A stretch of DNA of 64,000 bases from Antedon mediterranea (GCF_964355755.1 NC_092674.1:18166001-18230000); one strand, 5' to 3'. Positions 1 to 13,874 are shown, numbered from the stretch's first letter. Translations and numbers: made by a program. The notes: a model not told the origin generated them from the sequence alone.

Positions 1-1172
1 TGACCCATCTTTCAATCTAATTTTTAACATCATCAAAATGAAACATGTATATAGCAATTTTGGAAGGAAATTATCTGAGCAACAACATATCAACGTGTTG
101 AAGAAATTTGGATATGTAGAATATGGAAGCGCGCTCTTTTAAATATCATGAACTATGACACAAAATATGAAATTACGACTTTTATAATTGAACTGGCCAT
201 ATGATGACATCACAACATCCGATGCACATAATTTGTACATGAATTTGTATCTACAATTCAACAGCTTCCAGAAAACGTTTTAATCATGAGTATCACTTAT
301 GAGCTATAATAAATTGAAATTTATTGGAATGATGAAAAAAAGTGACCACATTTTTTCATGCTTTTGTAAATCATGCGAAAGATAATTGATTGACCTATCC
401 AATATCAAAATATGGGGGAAAATGGAATACGGATAAGTGGAGATGCGCTCTATTAAATGTGATGAGCTATGACGGAAAAGACAAATATCCTATATTTTAT
501 ATTCGAGTGGCCATATGATGATGTCACAATGTCCGGTTAGCCATATTACTGCATGATTTGATATTTACAACTCATCAACTTCCAGAATATGTGAAAAACT
601 GTCCAATTCGAAGTGCTCGTATGACGTGATTTTAAATCAAAATTGTTTAAAAGTTGGTAAAAGAGTAGAAAAACATAATTCACACGAAAAAAAGATGTTT
701 TTATCATTACAAGCGCACCATGCGCATAAAATTTGCGTGCTCGTGGAAATTTTTACATACTTAAAATGACATGAAAGTTGAAACGCGTAGAAAGTTGATT
801 AGAAATTGATTTTTCGCATTTCAAAATTGTATACGCGCGTAACTTTCTGTAAAACATGCCATTTATTTTCCACAGAAAGTTAGCGCATGATATAAATTAC
901 ACTTTTGCCAAGTTTCAATTTAAATTGTTTTATGGTTTTCGATCTATGTTAAATATGCGAAATTCATAAAATTGTGCATAACTTACGCTGCGCGACTCTA
1001 AATTTATATAACAAAGTTTCTTGCACATCTACAGTTACAGGTCAATCTTATGACAAAGTTATACAATCTTATGTTGGCCAGAATTAGAGATACGCTGCCG
1101 TGGAAAGTATATAGAAAAAAAAAAAAGATCCTGACAACAACAAGGGGTTATCCGCCAAGTGCGGATAACCAA
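1..1172 (-). mobile_element. HINE family A (non-autonomous Helentron-like) copy; 5' end at about 1172, 3' part outside the window
   Basis: Head hairpin GGTTATCCGC-caagt-GCGGATAACC at 1146-1170. The body is the reverse complement of the 53-57.7 kb copies. Confidence 0.8.
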
Positions 1173-2414
1173 TAATAATATCCTGGATTTATATAGCGCC
1201 TAATGTTGTGAAACCTCTAAGCACTGTACATAAACTAGTACGATAAAAGGGATTCCAACCATGCCAAAAAAGACCCCATGCCATAATTAATATGATCTGG
1301 CCTAGTTAGCAGGCGTTCTCTATACTGAACCTAGCTAGGCTATCCTCTATTATGCATTCATTTTGATGGCTAATTGGTCCGAGGACTAGTATTCATACAT
1401 CCCATCAGCCCTTTTTTTTTTTATTTATAAATGATGACATCCTTAAAAATTCAAAAAAATGATGCACTGTTTAAATATATACTTTTAACTTTAATATATG
1501 AACATTTTAAAGAAGAAAGTTAATGTTAAGTTTGTTATTTCGGCCCAAGAAAATGTCATAGTTTGTTTGAACAACCTGACTGATCGTTTTTATTTATTTT
1601 TTAAATATTTATCCACACCCCCCCCCCCCCCCCCAATTTAAGTTACAATAAATAAGTTATTGTATAATCATTTATTTTTGTGTTGAAAATTTACTCGGGT
1701 GTCACTAACCTACTAGAATACACATTGCATGAATATAAATATTATTATGGCAAGTCCTTTCTAAGAAATCATGTAGGCCTACGTACTCCGCGAAAACAAA
1801 TAAAACATCAAAATTAGGAAATTCTCAAAATAAGGGCATGAAAATCTGTTGAAGACCATAACAACTTTTCAGTGACAGTTTCTTTATGATTTATCTTGAT
1901 AGATTGCGACTTATCAAATTACACATTGTGACCCTTTGATACAGTACCTCATCATCTTATATTCAAATTAAGAGCTTACCTTATTTTGTGAAATAGGGAA
2001 AATTACAAGAAAATGTTTTAATTTAAAAAATGGCCATTACTATGGCAACAAGATACAGATATTTAAACTAATTTTGTCTGTACATGTTTCAATCAACCAA
2101 ACCTCTTTCACTGTGCAAATTTGAAAGAAAATTTTTTTTTTTTACTTTGGCCACCTAAAATCCATATTTTATAGACATCTGCTCTTAAAGGTGACATTTT
2201 CAAAACTAAAATGTTTTTTTGGCTGATATATTATAAGGGGGAGGGGGAGGCGGGGTTTGCATGCCATTCTCACACCCCTTTGGATCCACCTCTCGCCTCT
2301 AGGTACTGTATGTATACTGCAGTGTACTTATATTACGGTCCTATCTTGATTCCTGAATCACATAATCACTAACTAGATGTGTCCGTCCATTGGACGGGCA
2401 ATGGCTAGTATTAC

Positions 2415-2515
2415 CTTAATGGTTGAACACAGTTCTTTATAGAGATAGTTGGTGACAATTCCTCTTGCTTAAGATTTGACTGAACATTCAGGCGCATCAC
2501 TCCACCTGCAGCATG
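2415..2515 (-). CDS. TPP2: TPP2 coding exon (last one visible in window): HAAGGVMRLNVQSNLKQEELSPTISIKNCVQPL(R)
   Basis: Matches '[34 protein letters not shown]'. Acceptor tatag, donor gtaata. The gene continues beyond position 1. Confidence 0.92.
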
Positions 2516-3863
2516 CTATAAAAAGAACCACACAAGTTCAGCTTTAATATGGTGTGCATGATCACTTAAAGTCTAATTAAAAACATTAAGCTTGTTGTTT
2601 TTACTGCTGGAGCATTACAACAAATTTTGTCACAATAATGCAAGTAGGCATAAGGTTCATCAAGAAGTGCATAATCATAATCAATTCATGATATTTATAA
2701 CACACCTGAGTGTATCCTTGGCATTTGATTGGTTAATTATGCATCACATGCCATTCAGTATTAGTTCTACCTAAAATGTGATATCTAATGGTGATAACAT
2801 TTTGAACATTTTCTGCCACATGAGGTTGACTGATTCACGTTCGATCAATCAATAGTCACAGCCGTATAAACTGTTCTACTCTACATCCAAAATTGGAGTA
2901 CTGAAAATGGCCTACAATAGCTTCCCCGTCTTACCTTTGACATTAGGGACTTTACAAAACATGACAGGAAGCCACAGGACGGTGCTCATGAATAATGTAT
3001 GCTTTAGCTTTAACAAAGTAGGCAGAGGTTAGCGTGAAATTCTGTCGTCTTAACTTTTTGAGGACGATAAAGTTGCCATTTTCCCGTTTACAGAGAACAA
3101 ATAGAAATAATGTACATATAACCTTAAATATACAGTTCAAATTATACTTAAACATGGAAATTTCAAAACTCAAAATAATATTTGAACTTCTAATTTAATT
3201 GTTCAACGATTTTTATTGGGTTAAAATGGCTGTGTTAAGTAATATATTCTGAGCGGCGTTTGAATGCGAGGCTCCTAGCTAGAAAGGCTAGGCCTATGCT
3301 GTTCTAGCGAGAGAGATACTTCTGTCGTCTTAGTGCAAGGGTGTGTAACTAATAAATGGCTATGTTGACTGTATATGATTTTACACTCGTCGTCCTCCAC
3401 TAACCCTCATGTTTCGTAAAGTCCCTACTGATTCAAGATGGAAGGAGTGGATTAATTGAATAGAAGTTTACTTTAGAACAGTCAAACCAATCATAGTGAA
3501 GCCAATGCAATCATTGTAAAGTCAAACTGTTCATAGCAAGTCAAACAAGACTGTGATGCGTACCAACCAACCAAAGAGCAATGATACCCAATGCACTTTA
3601 ACGGTGTTTTAAATTTTTTTTATTTCAACTACAGTATCTTTAAAGAGGGTAACCTTTAGTTAGTAAGTTTAGCCCAGTGTGTTAACTGGTATTCAGGGGC
3701 CCTCTTTAATTAAACAGAATAAATATTATATGATATATTATATACAATATGTATGTCGAAATAGAGCAGTCAATCTTTCAACTCAAGAAATGTTCTCACT
3801 ATTAAACTCATAAACATTTATTATTTGTATAATGTATAATGTTTAATTGTGAAAATCACCTAC

Positions 3864-4132
3864 CATTGTAATAGATTTCTCACTTGGTTCTAAGCTGTGA
3901 AAATTAAGAGTATATTTAACTCGTACATCACCAGGATTAGCCCACCATTTTGCAAGGGCAACTTCTAGAGTACTTTCACCAAACACAGAGAAAGCATAAG
4001 ACACCTCTGCATTTTCCATCAGATTAAAAAACTTGTAGAATTCATTTACACGATATGCACTCTTCTTCTGAAGCTGCACAGCATGTACTACAAATCGAGC
4101 CTGAACATTATCCAATGAAGAGAGACATAATT
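3864..4132 (-). CDS. TPP2: TPP2 coding exon: ELCLSSLDNVQARFVVHAVQLQKKSAYRVNEFYKF...ALAKWWANPGDVRVKYTLNFHSLEPSEKSITM
   Basis: Within ORF 3843..4142. Matches 'KFVLHAVQL...EFYKF...IARWWASL...ISFHG'. Acceptor ttttag, donor gtaggt. Confidence 0.95.
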
Positions 4133-4588
4133 CTAAAAACAAAAAATCAAATCATTTATTGGTAACAACACATTACTCATTATATGATGTCAATGATTAC
4201 TTACAAAAACCAACTGAAAGGCCAAAGATAAAATGTATAATAAATATTAAATAAATAAATAAAAACAAAATAACATATTTTTGTTAGATAACAGTACAGC
4301 TAAAAATTACTGTAACCCACGTTCCAGCTTCGTGGCTACAAGGTATTGTGCTTTGATCACAATTCCACGAGGTGTATTGTTTTTGATCGCGATCCTACAG
4401 TACGAACTGCATTGTTTTTTTATCGTGATCCTACAAGAGGCATTGTTTTCTATATTGTAATGTGTTATAAACACCATTGTTATCAATGAATCAAGGGGAA
4501 CAATGATTGAAAAATACAGCAGTTACGCACGATATATTTATTTAGCCTAAGCTATCTAGGCCCAGAGTCTAGCGATTAATGTTAAAAA

Positions 4589-4919
4589 CAAGCACGAATG
4601 TGCGTTACTCGGGGTACAGCAAAAGAAGCTGTAATGACGTCATAAGACCGGATGTAACGTCACATACACATCAAATACGGCTATACGGTACCATCTTCGA
4701 GACGTGATATGGCTGCATCCGGTTTGAAATTTAAAAATCCGGCTCTGTAGCTTTGAGGACATGTCCCTGTAGTATATTCATGCCTAATTCCCAGCTCAAT
4801 ACTACAACGAATAAAGGGAGGAGTAGTACTTTATAAATCGCACTTTTTGCTCAATAGTGTCTGGATGGAAGAAAAAGAGGAAAAGATTAGAGAGTCCTAG
4901 ACTCAGGTACCCCGAGTAA
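4589..4919 (-). mobile_element. HINE family B (DINE-1-like) copy 1
   Basis: On the minus strand: 5' subterminal repeat TTACTCGGGGTAC with an adjacent partial inverted repeat, 3' GTACCCCGAGTAA followed by stem-loop GCAC-attc-GTGC and ttgTT. A near-identical copy lies at 5401-5710. Confidence 0.7.
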
Positions 4920-4971
4920 TAAAACGAGATATTACGTATACAGTATATTTCACCATAAAGTTTAAGAAAAA

Positions 4972-5044
4972 TGGTCTCGCTAAGGCTCGAACCGGGGACC
5001 TTCTGCGTGTTAAGCAGACTTGATAACCACTACACTACGAAACC
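4972..5044 (-). pseudogene. tRNA-Val(AAC) pseudogene 1
   Basis: GGTTTCGTAGTGTAGTGGTTATCA...TTAACAC...GGTCCCCGGTTCGAG...CGAGACCA. The acceptor stem pairs but the 3' arm of the T-stem (CTTAG) does not pair with CCCGG. Confidence 0.8.
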
Positions 5045-5256
5045 TCTTACACCAAAAATGTGGGTTACACAAAGTTTTTTAATCCATTTAAATTACAAAT
5101 AAATTATTATGGTAATAAGCACAAAGCAAGATAAACATGTGTAAAAGTGATAATTACCGATTACACAAAATAAATATTTTAAAAAATAATAAAAATAAGA
5201 TATACTGTATATCATATTGCGTATACAGTACTTTTCACCATAAAGTTAAAAAAAAA

Positions 5257-5329
5257 AGGTTTCGCCCGGGCTCGAACCGGGGACCTTCTGCGTGTTAAGC
5301 ACACGTGATAACCACTACGCCAAGAAGCC
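5257..5329 (-). pseudogene. tRNA-Val(AAC) pseudogene 2
   Basis: Same cloverleaf as copy 1 with an intact T-arm (CCCGG-TTCGAGC-CCGGG). Two acceptor-stem mismatches and one anticodon-stem mismatch. Confidence 0.75.
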
Positions 5330-5400
5330 GCATATAACTACATATCGCTGTGGTGTGTGTCACACATTGTGGCTTCTTAATAAACAAATTAATTAACAAA

Positions 5401-5710
5401 AAAGCACGAATGTGCGATACTCGGGGTGCAGCAAAAGAAGCTGTAATGACGTCATATGACGGGATGTGACGTCACATACACATCAATAACCTCTACCAAA
5501 TACGGCTATACGGTACCATCTTTGAGACGTGATATGGCTGCATCCGGTTTGAAATTTCTATGTCCCTGTAGTATATTCATGCCAAATCCCAGCTCAATAT
5601 TACAACGAATAAGGGAGGAGTAGTACTTTAAAAATCGCACTTTTTACTCAATAGTGTCCAGATGGAAGAGGATAAAATGAGTAAGTCCTAGACTCGGGTA
5701 CCCCGAGTAA
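5401..5710 (-). mobile_element. HINE family B copy 2
   Basis: Direct repeat of 4589-4919 with the same termini. Confidence 0.7.
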
Positions 5711-7379
5711 TAAAACCAAGGAAGTACAATGCAGCCTACACCTTTGAGTTTGTACAGAGTACCTATCTATAGCCTAAGTGCAGTAGTACTATAGGCCTAC
5801 CATAAATAAAACCTATGAAATACGTCAGAATGTTGCCTTAAATGCAATAAAAATATTATATGGCCACATTGTGAATTAATCCAATTAAAATCGTAACGCT
5901 ATGTTTTAAATTTGATGACATATTATTACCAAAATAGAAATTTTCCCACTAGGCCTACATAGCCAGTGAACTTCAGTTAATTAAGTGGGTCAACTGTTTT
6001 CCGCCAATTTGTAACAGAATACTGTAAAAATAAAATTCAGTCTCTGATGTTTCACATGTTTTCTCCTAGGCGGTTATTGGATTTTATTCAACGGATGTAT
6101 TGATTAGCGGTTTTGGCTGATTCGTTCGTATAGGTCCATATTTAGAATTCCTTTTTCGCAATATCATATTATTTTAACGTGGAATATATTGATAGGATAG
6201 GGGATCTACACTGTAATCATTCAGGGGTGACCGGAGTATATATAGTGGCCCGCACGTGGGTACAGGTTGTGCATATCCATCCATTAGTTATAATTGATGG
6301 TAGAATGACTCACCGATACAGTGTGCGAGTTTCGGATTTCAATATGGCGACCAATGTTGTGGTCATATCTAGTTGTGAATAGTATTATGTTAAGAACCTG
6401 GTTTTACATGTTTATTAATAGATTGGGCTGAATGGAGATGGAGGCTGAGTAAAGATGGGTATGCACCTCCAAAATTAACATCGTTTAATCCAGGTATAGA
6501 TGTGGTTATCACTTGTTATGAATAATTGATAATAATGTAACGCTGATGCTATGTGATGTATTGTACTAAAGATCACGTAATGAGTCTAACAATGGTTAGC
6601 AATTGTGCAGTAGATGTAGATTATGTACGTTTGTTCTATTTATAGGTTTTTTTTTTCTGGATATGGCCGATTGTGGCTGGTTGTATGTGATAAATGCCAG
6701 TGAATTCTGACCGATACGAATAAATGAAATATACTGAAAATCAATGCTGCCTTCATGTGTTTGATGATTGTGTCCGACTGATCTCGAAGTACCACATTGA
6801 TTTAAATCAAGTCGTCTAGAGAAAAATGGAAACAAAGCATTTTTATTAATATTTAATATCAACAAGCGCTAGGCTCTGGGCCTGTAGCTAGGCAGGCCTA
6901 CTCGGGCGTAACTGTAGGGGTATAATTCGTCGATCCAAGGTCATATAATCAGAAAGACCCAACAATGGCGCTAGTTGTAGCTGCAAAGTGTTTTTCTGTT
7001 TTGTACACTCCTTTCCCTCGGTTATGTTTGGTGTTCTTTGTTCCTCGAACGTTTCGTGAAAACCATTTTCACCATGAAGCCCAAATCCTCATTTCATGGT
7101 TGACTGGTCATTCTTCCCTCAGCTTTTGTTTCCCCTTCATTGCCTGTTTGGTTCTACTGCTCTGTCTCGGCCTAGCTCTTCTAACATAAAGAAACAGATA
7201 ATCAAGTACAGCAGAAAGGTATTGCAATTACTTAACACCAAACGTAAAATTAAGATCTCACCAATGGTTTATGCTATATTGAAGGAGTTGGGAATCCGGC
7301 GTCCAAATCGAGGCTGTCGAGCTGGTAAGAAGGTCAAGTCTAAGGTCAACCATTGTCCAACTGTTGACCTTCCATCCTC

Positions 7380-9560
7380 AGATGATCCCCAACGGCAAAT
7401 AAAATTTGCAGTATGGAATGCTCAATCTGTCTGTAAAAAACCACTCCATTACAGCAATATGTAGTTGATTATGATATTGATGTCATCGCCTTGACTGAGA
7501 CATGGCTTCAAGTCAACGACACTCTACTCATTGCAGCATGCCAACCGTATGGCTACACGTTTTATTCGTCGGATTTCGATCATTTGAAGTATGTGAAGCC
7601 ATCATCAAAACACCATTGAAGACTATCACACTTCTCATCATCTACAGGCCGCCTCCTTGCCCAAACATGCACTTTTTTGCTGAGTTTTCCACTCTTGTTG
7701 AGCAATATTCATTATCTGATAATATGATAATCACTGGCAACTTTAACATCCATGTTGATAATCCAGTGAATACCTATACAATCCTACTCTCCGAGATTAT
7801 TAGTTCATTCAATCTCACTCAGCTTATCAATGTTCCCACTCATAAACTTCAGCACACTCTTGATCTTATCATTACTAACAACCCTGGTCTAGTTACAAGT
7901 ACATGCGTATCCATTGTCAGATCATTACTTTCTCCATACGAGTCTTGATACCGACAAAGTGGAGTTATGGCTTGGTGGTTATGATGCTTGACTACCAATC
8001 TAAGGGTCCTGGGTTCAAGTCCTGTCATATATGTCATGATTTATGAGATGTGATAAGCAAGTCGCGCTGCGGTAATCTTTTTAGGGCCTTACTATTTTAT
8101 TCTTGGTCTACATGTCGATTTTGTCGGCCCTAAAAAGATTACCACGGCGGCGGCTAATCACATTGAAATGTACGATTCCTACAACACGTAAACTGCCAGC
8201 CTAGAGCAGTGCGAGTCGCAACCGGTCGGAGAGTGCGAGGAGGAATTACCTACTGAGGCGAACTGCATGCATGAGTGATTTGAACATCTCACGTGACATC
8301 AACATCCAATTAGAAAACAGTATTCTGGCTAGCTGGCAGTTTCGTTGAGCGTAAAAAAATATCGCGGCCGGAAGCGAAAATTCCGACATGATGTAATCAT
8401 GACGTAGAACTTCAATCGAGACAAACCGTGCTGTGCAATGAAGCGTAACCAACAGCATTGTTTTGACTAGAGAGCTGCTGAGATAGAGCACATGTGGTGT
8501 GGTACGATGATGTACGTCCGTGAAAAAGGTGTATTTGATCGTTACAACTGTGTAATAAGGTATCATAATAAACAAATTTGTTTTCGAAGAATACCCGCTG
8601 TATTGTGTATTAGTGTTCTGTCACTTACATTGATTTGATCAGCTAGGCCTCTAATAAGTAGCTTTTTAGCCTAGGCTTAGGCCGGACTGACGCCGGCATT
8701 TTTTTCGCCGGCGTTGGCGCCTAGACGTCGGCATTTACGTCGGCAATTGCTGAATGCCGACGTTAATTTTGAGGGCTGCATACAGGAAGTATGATAGCAT
8801 AGATCTTGAATATCTTCAACGTCTAGATTACACTGAAGCTATCGCATTTCAGCGACTCAATGGAAATCAACTCTGCAATTTAATAATTTATCCCTCACTG
8901 TGCTTAGAGATATTAGCTTGCACCATTGAAAACCATAGCTGTGTCAGAACGAACATCATCTGATTGGTATGATATATGCCGTGAATTCAAACGTAAATGG
9001 CGTAAATCTGAAACAGATGAAGATCATACAGAATGTTCCGAATATCATCGTGTTTTAGCATACCTCCTCTTTACAAGTAAAAGTCGACAGCTGTGGTCAC
9101 AGCCAAAAGCTCCTGTTTAAGATCGCCAAGGAGCTTCTTGTTCACTCTTCAACTGGCCAGTGATGTTAACACTTTTTTTATTGAAATTTCAGAGGTTTTC
9201 TGTTAGAAGAAGTTCTCGAGGTTGTTAAGTCTATCGGGCACTAATCTTGTGACTTGGATCCCTTTCCGACCAAGATTTTGGTTAACCTTCCCACGACCAT
9301 GATCTTTGTGTTTCGCGAACTTGTAAAGTCATCCCTTTCATCTGGTCTTTTCCCATCGGCCCTGAAACTTGGTGTAGTTTCTCCTATTTTGAAGAAATTT
9401 TCTGCCAAGAAAAACAATTATCATTACACTATGTATGAATGACTTAATAAATCAAATCTGAATCTGAAACCACAACTTGATCATACTGTCTTTTCTAATT
9501 TTCAACCTATCGCTTGCATCCCTTTTCTCTCTAAAATCCTCGAAAAGGTTGTTGTCTCTC
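7380..9560 (+). mobile_element. Degraded, interrupted L2/CR1-group LINE (APE endonuclease plus start of RT)
   Basis: Endonuclease motifs IKFAVWNAQSV, IALTETW, IYRPP, GNFNIHVD, THKLQHTLDLIIT. Later LDPFPTK, SGLFPSALKLGVVSPILKK, PFLSKILEKVV. Frameshifts, with insertions at about 7950-8780. Confidence 0.85.
7960..8028 (+). mobile_element. tRNA-derived SINE head fragment
   Basis: A-box-like TGGCTTGGTGG and B-box-like GGTTCAAGTCC at tRNA-like spacing. Confidence 0.55.
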
Positions 9561-12500
9561 CTGGGTACGCTCATACTTAAAGATGTATTGACCCCTGAAA
9601 AAATAATTGTTAAAACAATTTTTTTTTAATATACAATTTTAATCTATAAGTCACATATCCATTTTGACAAAAAATTGGATAGAAAAAAAATGTACCTGAA
9701 GAAACTGTAATTTAAAGCAAAAAATAGTCAAATTGGCTGCCAGCAATGGGTTTTTGGTTGAATTTAATTATTTATTTTGTCATTTTATAAGTGAAAAAAT
9801 TATTTTTTTAATTGTTTTTTCTACGAAAGTGATTAACTTTATTAAAAATACAAAATAACCTATCCAAAAAACACTTTCCAAAGCTAGTAGTAGAACACTT
9901 GTTGAGATACCTCTTATTGATACTGTTAATCCTGGACGCCACACTCAAGCATAGGAAAAAACACATTTGTTGAAACTGTTAATCAAGAACTAATCAAGGT
10001 TTTTAATTATTTTTCAGCAAATAAGCTTTCAGATAATATAAAAAAATTCTGTGTAATTATTTTTACTTTAATTAGAATTCCTATTGTAAATAGTACCAAA
10101 TTTTTGCATGCATAGGAAACAAAAAATTAAATGGGGAAAAAAAAAACACATCTAATTTCGACTACCACCATGTGCACTTTTTGTGTTGATTTCAAAGTCA
10201 GTAAGCCGCTGTAGTTTTATTATTCCAATACATCTTACCAATTCATATTTTATCATTAAAATGTGTTATTCTGCCGACTGATTGACAGCCTTCAACATGC
10301 ATGTCCCTCTCATGCATGCTTTCACTTTCTGATGTGCACCCTAGATTAATATTCACACAGCACCCTATTGCTTTCATTTTGTAGCTTACAGAAATTTCAA
10401 AATAAAGGAATATTTTGTGTATACAAATATCAATGGCTGTAAATAGTTCCGAATTTTATTCTTGACAATTTGTTTGTTTTTAATTCAAGTGCGCTTTTAT
10501 TATACTTAGGCATCTCATGCGAATTATTAAGGCAGACAAAACTGTGCGGTGCGGGTTACTCCTAGACCACAATTTAATTACAAGGCTGGTCACGAGTAGC
10601 CGGGCCCAAGTGAAAATTAAAAAAGTTACGGGTTTTGATGCTTCAACCCAACTAGGACATGTTTTCGTTGATATCTTAATCTATAGGCTTTACACTAAAG
10701 AAAAACATTAAATTAAATTGGTTTTTTTTATATTATAATTTAGTTTTACTTACTCTTGTTATTTTGAAATATCAGATTTTAAAAGAGTACAAAAAAGGTG
10801 AAAACCATCGTCACATTGTAAAAATTCAAGAATTGTCAGTGCGTACATATTTTTTCACAAACTATGACGTAATTTATGAATCATTGGTCATTCGATCGTA
10901 ACATTGAAGTTGAACTCGGTTCAACGATATTTAATGTTGATTTGTACCCTCTTTTCCGGTAAAATCGTTGATAAAATCGTATGTAAATGGGTGCATAATA
11001 TAAAATATATATGTATACTGTATTACAAAATAATGAATACACCACGAAAAACACCAAAAATAATATAGTTTGGTATTTTATACTTTCGTTAGTGTTTGCA
11101 CGGATCATCTAATTAATTCACACAGCACAATTTTTGTTTAGCGTCTTTTATTTTCGTAAAGTCTGAACAGTCAAAAAGTAAAGTTTCATATCCAGTATTG
11201 CTTTCATTTTTTAGCTTACAGATATTTTAAGTGAAGTGATAGTGTATAACAAAATCAATGGCCATACAATTTTATTCTTGATATAATTTGTTTTTATTTT
11301 AATAATTTGTCGAAGTACTTTTATCAGAGTGCGCTTTTATTGTACATGCAAAGTATATAACCACATATTAAGGCAGAAAAAGACCGTGTGGAGCATGTGT
11401 TACTGCTAGTCATCTTTAAATTAACTTGCTTATTAATTTTAAGCTAGTCCTAGGCCTAGCTAGGCCGTCTTCTCAGCCTAGCTAGCTAGGGTTGAATTCA
11501 TATGTCGAAAAGGCTTGGTTTCGCCTCATTTAACGTTCCTGGGTTTTCTCGCACATTAAGAATTTTGAAATACAAAAATTGTATTGCTCAATAGAATAGT
11601 TAAGCGATATGGAAGCTTAGGCCTGACTGACGAGCAATTATTCAGACACCCTATCATGGGTAGTCCGAGGCTGGGTGCCAGAACAATCTTCACTGCTGTA
11701 AGTAAGGCTATCACAGCCTGGCTAGGCCAAGCAGCATCGGTACATACCTAGTAGGCCTAGCTTTATTGAATATATAGTCACGTCTTCCTCAGATCTCCTT
11801 AAATTTTACATTTTAGTAATAATCTCATAATCACATAATACACTATGAAAACATGATAGGGTCACATCCAGAATGTTTTAATATACTTTTCACCTGTCAA
11901 AAACAATATCGCGATGACAACAGTCTCAATAAAAATACCAGAAATAGAAAGATCTCGAAAAATTTTAGATTTTTTTTTGTGAAGAAATAAATTTCTTAGG
12001 ATTATTCAAATAATTTGCATGTAAAAGAATAGGAATTACAAGGTATCCCCCCAAATCGCGAAAAGGTGTGATTTTCAAGAAAACCGTACACAAAAAAATA
12101 TAAAGTATGAGGGATGATATTTTTAAATAACAGTTGAAATGTAGGAAAAATAGAAATTTTCTGGGTGGAGCTCCACTTTAAAACATATTGTGGAATCTGT
12201 TGTATTGTACATAAAAATTCATGTAAAAGTAGCCTATCGTATGTTGTGACGTCATCATATGGCCAGTTGAAGTTAAAAATTTGGATTTTCATATTTTGCA
12301 TCATAGTTCATCACATTTAAAAGAGCGGGCATCACGATCCTACGTATCCAAATTTCTTCAACACTTTAATATGTTGTTATTGTTAAAAAAGATGGGTCCC
12401 GTAATTTCACCTATGCTACACTCGTAGTATGTATACAGTATATACTATATGACATAAAATGGACACATTATTTTTTTCAAGTCATAATAGCGTAATCTTT

Positions 12501-13690
12501 TTCTGTGCACATTTTGTATCATACGTGCATGTAGCGGTTGTTGTGCGGAAAACTAACTCACCAAAGTCTAGATATTTATTTGCCTGCCCTTAATGAAATT
12601 ATTGCATTTAATTCATGGCTCATAGATGACTCGCATTGTTAAATTTTTGTTAAACTTTCTTTTTTATTGTGAAAGCATATAGACCTACGTTTTTCGATCT
12701 AATTTAAGGTCACACACTACATTTTGTGTAAAAATAAATATTATATGGTCCTATTGCGATAATGTTTTTCATCTTTAAATGGTTACACATGTGAACAATA
12801 ATTTAATTCAACTTAACATTTATTTCTTCCTTCAAGAAAATGAGGTAAACATTATAAATTCCAGTAAAATAATAATAATAATTTAAGCGACCCGCTATAA
12901 ATAGCAGAATGCATTGCGCACGAATTGATATTTTTTTCATAAAGTAATGCACCCACTTTTGATCGACCATGATAAACCGTAACTTTTCAGCGAAAATACC
13001 ATGTCTTCCCCAAATTGTATTAACGGATTCTGCCAAAAAAGGAAAGACAATTGTTTCAGCAACGACATGATGCCGGGCTAGGCCTATAGCTAGCGTACGA
13101 TGTTCCTACGATACCCCTCTAAGCCTAGCTAAGCTAGGCCTAAGACCAGCCACGAGAGGACATTCGACGCATGCTACTTAGGTAGTGCATTGTTTCTGCA
13201 AATTTTTTGAATTTTGGAATGGACAGCGAATAAGAACAAAATAACAATAATCTAAACCGTCCAGTGATATACTGAAAATCTGAATTATTTGTAAATAGGT
13301 GCAATTGTGAACATTTGCCTGCATTTGAAAAAATATGAGCATATTGTGTATTTAATTATTTATAAAAATTAAGAGGATATTTTTCAGCCATTTTACAGTT
13401 TTAATTTAAATTCATATCATAGTTTTGAGTACTGTACTACTACAGTACCTAGTACCAGACAAGCGCGGATTTAGGCAGACGCTAAACAGGCTTTAAGTTC
13501 CCCGTTATTTCATTTAAAATAAAATAATTATATAATATACATATATTTATATAATTTATATTTCTATGCAACGTGACGGATCATTTTTATCATTTATGAA
13601 ATATTAAGCACCTCCCCTAATCTATAATGCTGGATCCGCTCTTGCTAGTGTAAAGGGTACGCAAACATAATAGTAAATTTTGACACAAAC

Positions 13691-13874
13691 CTGCCCATGT
13701 TGCACCCTTGGGAACTGTAATAAATCTCCTATGGATCTGACCAGCTTGAAAGCTAAGTACATCAGAGGTCCATTGATAGTTGATTGTATCAGTAACCGAC
13801 ACTGGAACCAATACAGTTACAGGTATACGAAATAATGCACCTCTTGCAGGATCTGTTACATCAAATGCTTGAAT
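13691..13874 (-). CDS. TPP2: TPP2 coding exon: IQAFDVTDPARGALFRIPVTVLVP...FQAGQIHRRFITVPKGATWA
   Basis: Within ORF 13617..13892. Matches 'GPLFRVPIT...PGQIRRHFIEVPEGATWA'. Acceptor tttcag, donor gtttgt. Confidence 0.95.

Noticed and set aside
4972-5329. Functional tRNA-Val genes
   Set aside because: Each copy has stem-breaking mismatches, so they are reported as pseudogenes pending tRNAscan-SE scores.
6100-6865. Possible minus-strand coding remnant (WICTTC, PHD-like) and ORFs 6179..6382 and 6596..6865
   Set aside because: There is only one short Cys motif and no continuous frame. I could not assign it without a homology search.
10345-11420. Diverged direct repeat (about 10345-10580 versus 11195-11420) and an inverted partial copy at about 16590-16690
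   Set aside because: These look like fragments of an old interspersed repeat. I could not define termini or a TSD, so no family call is made.
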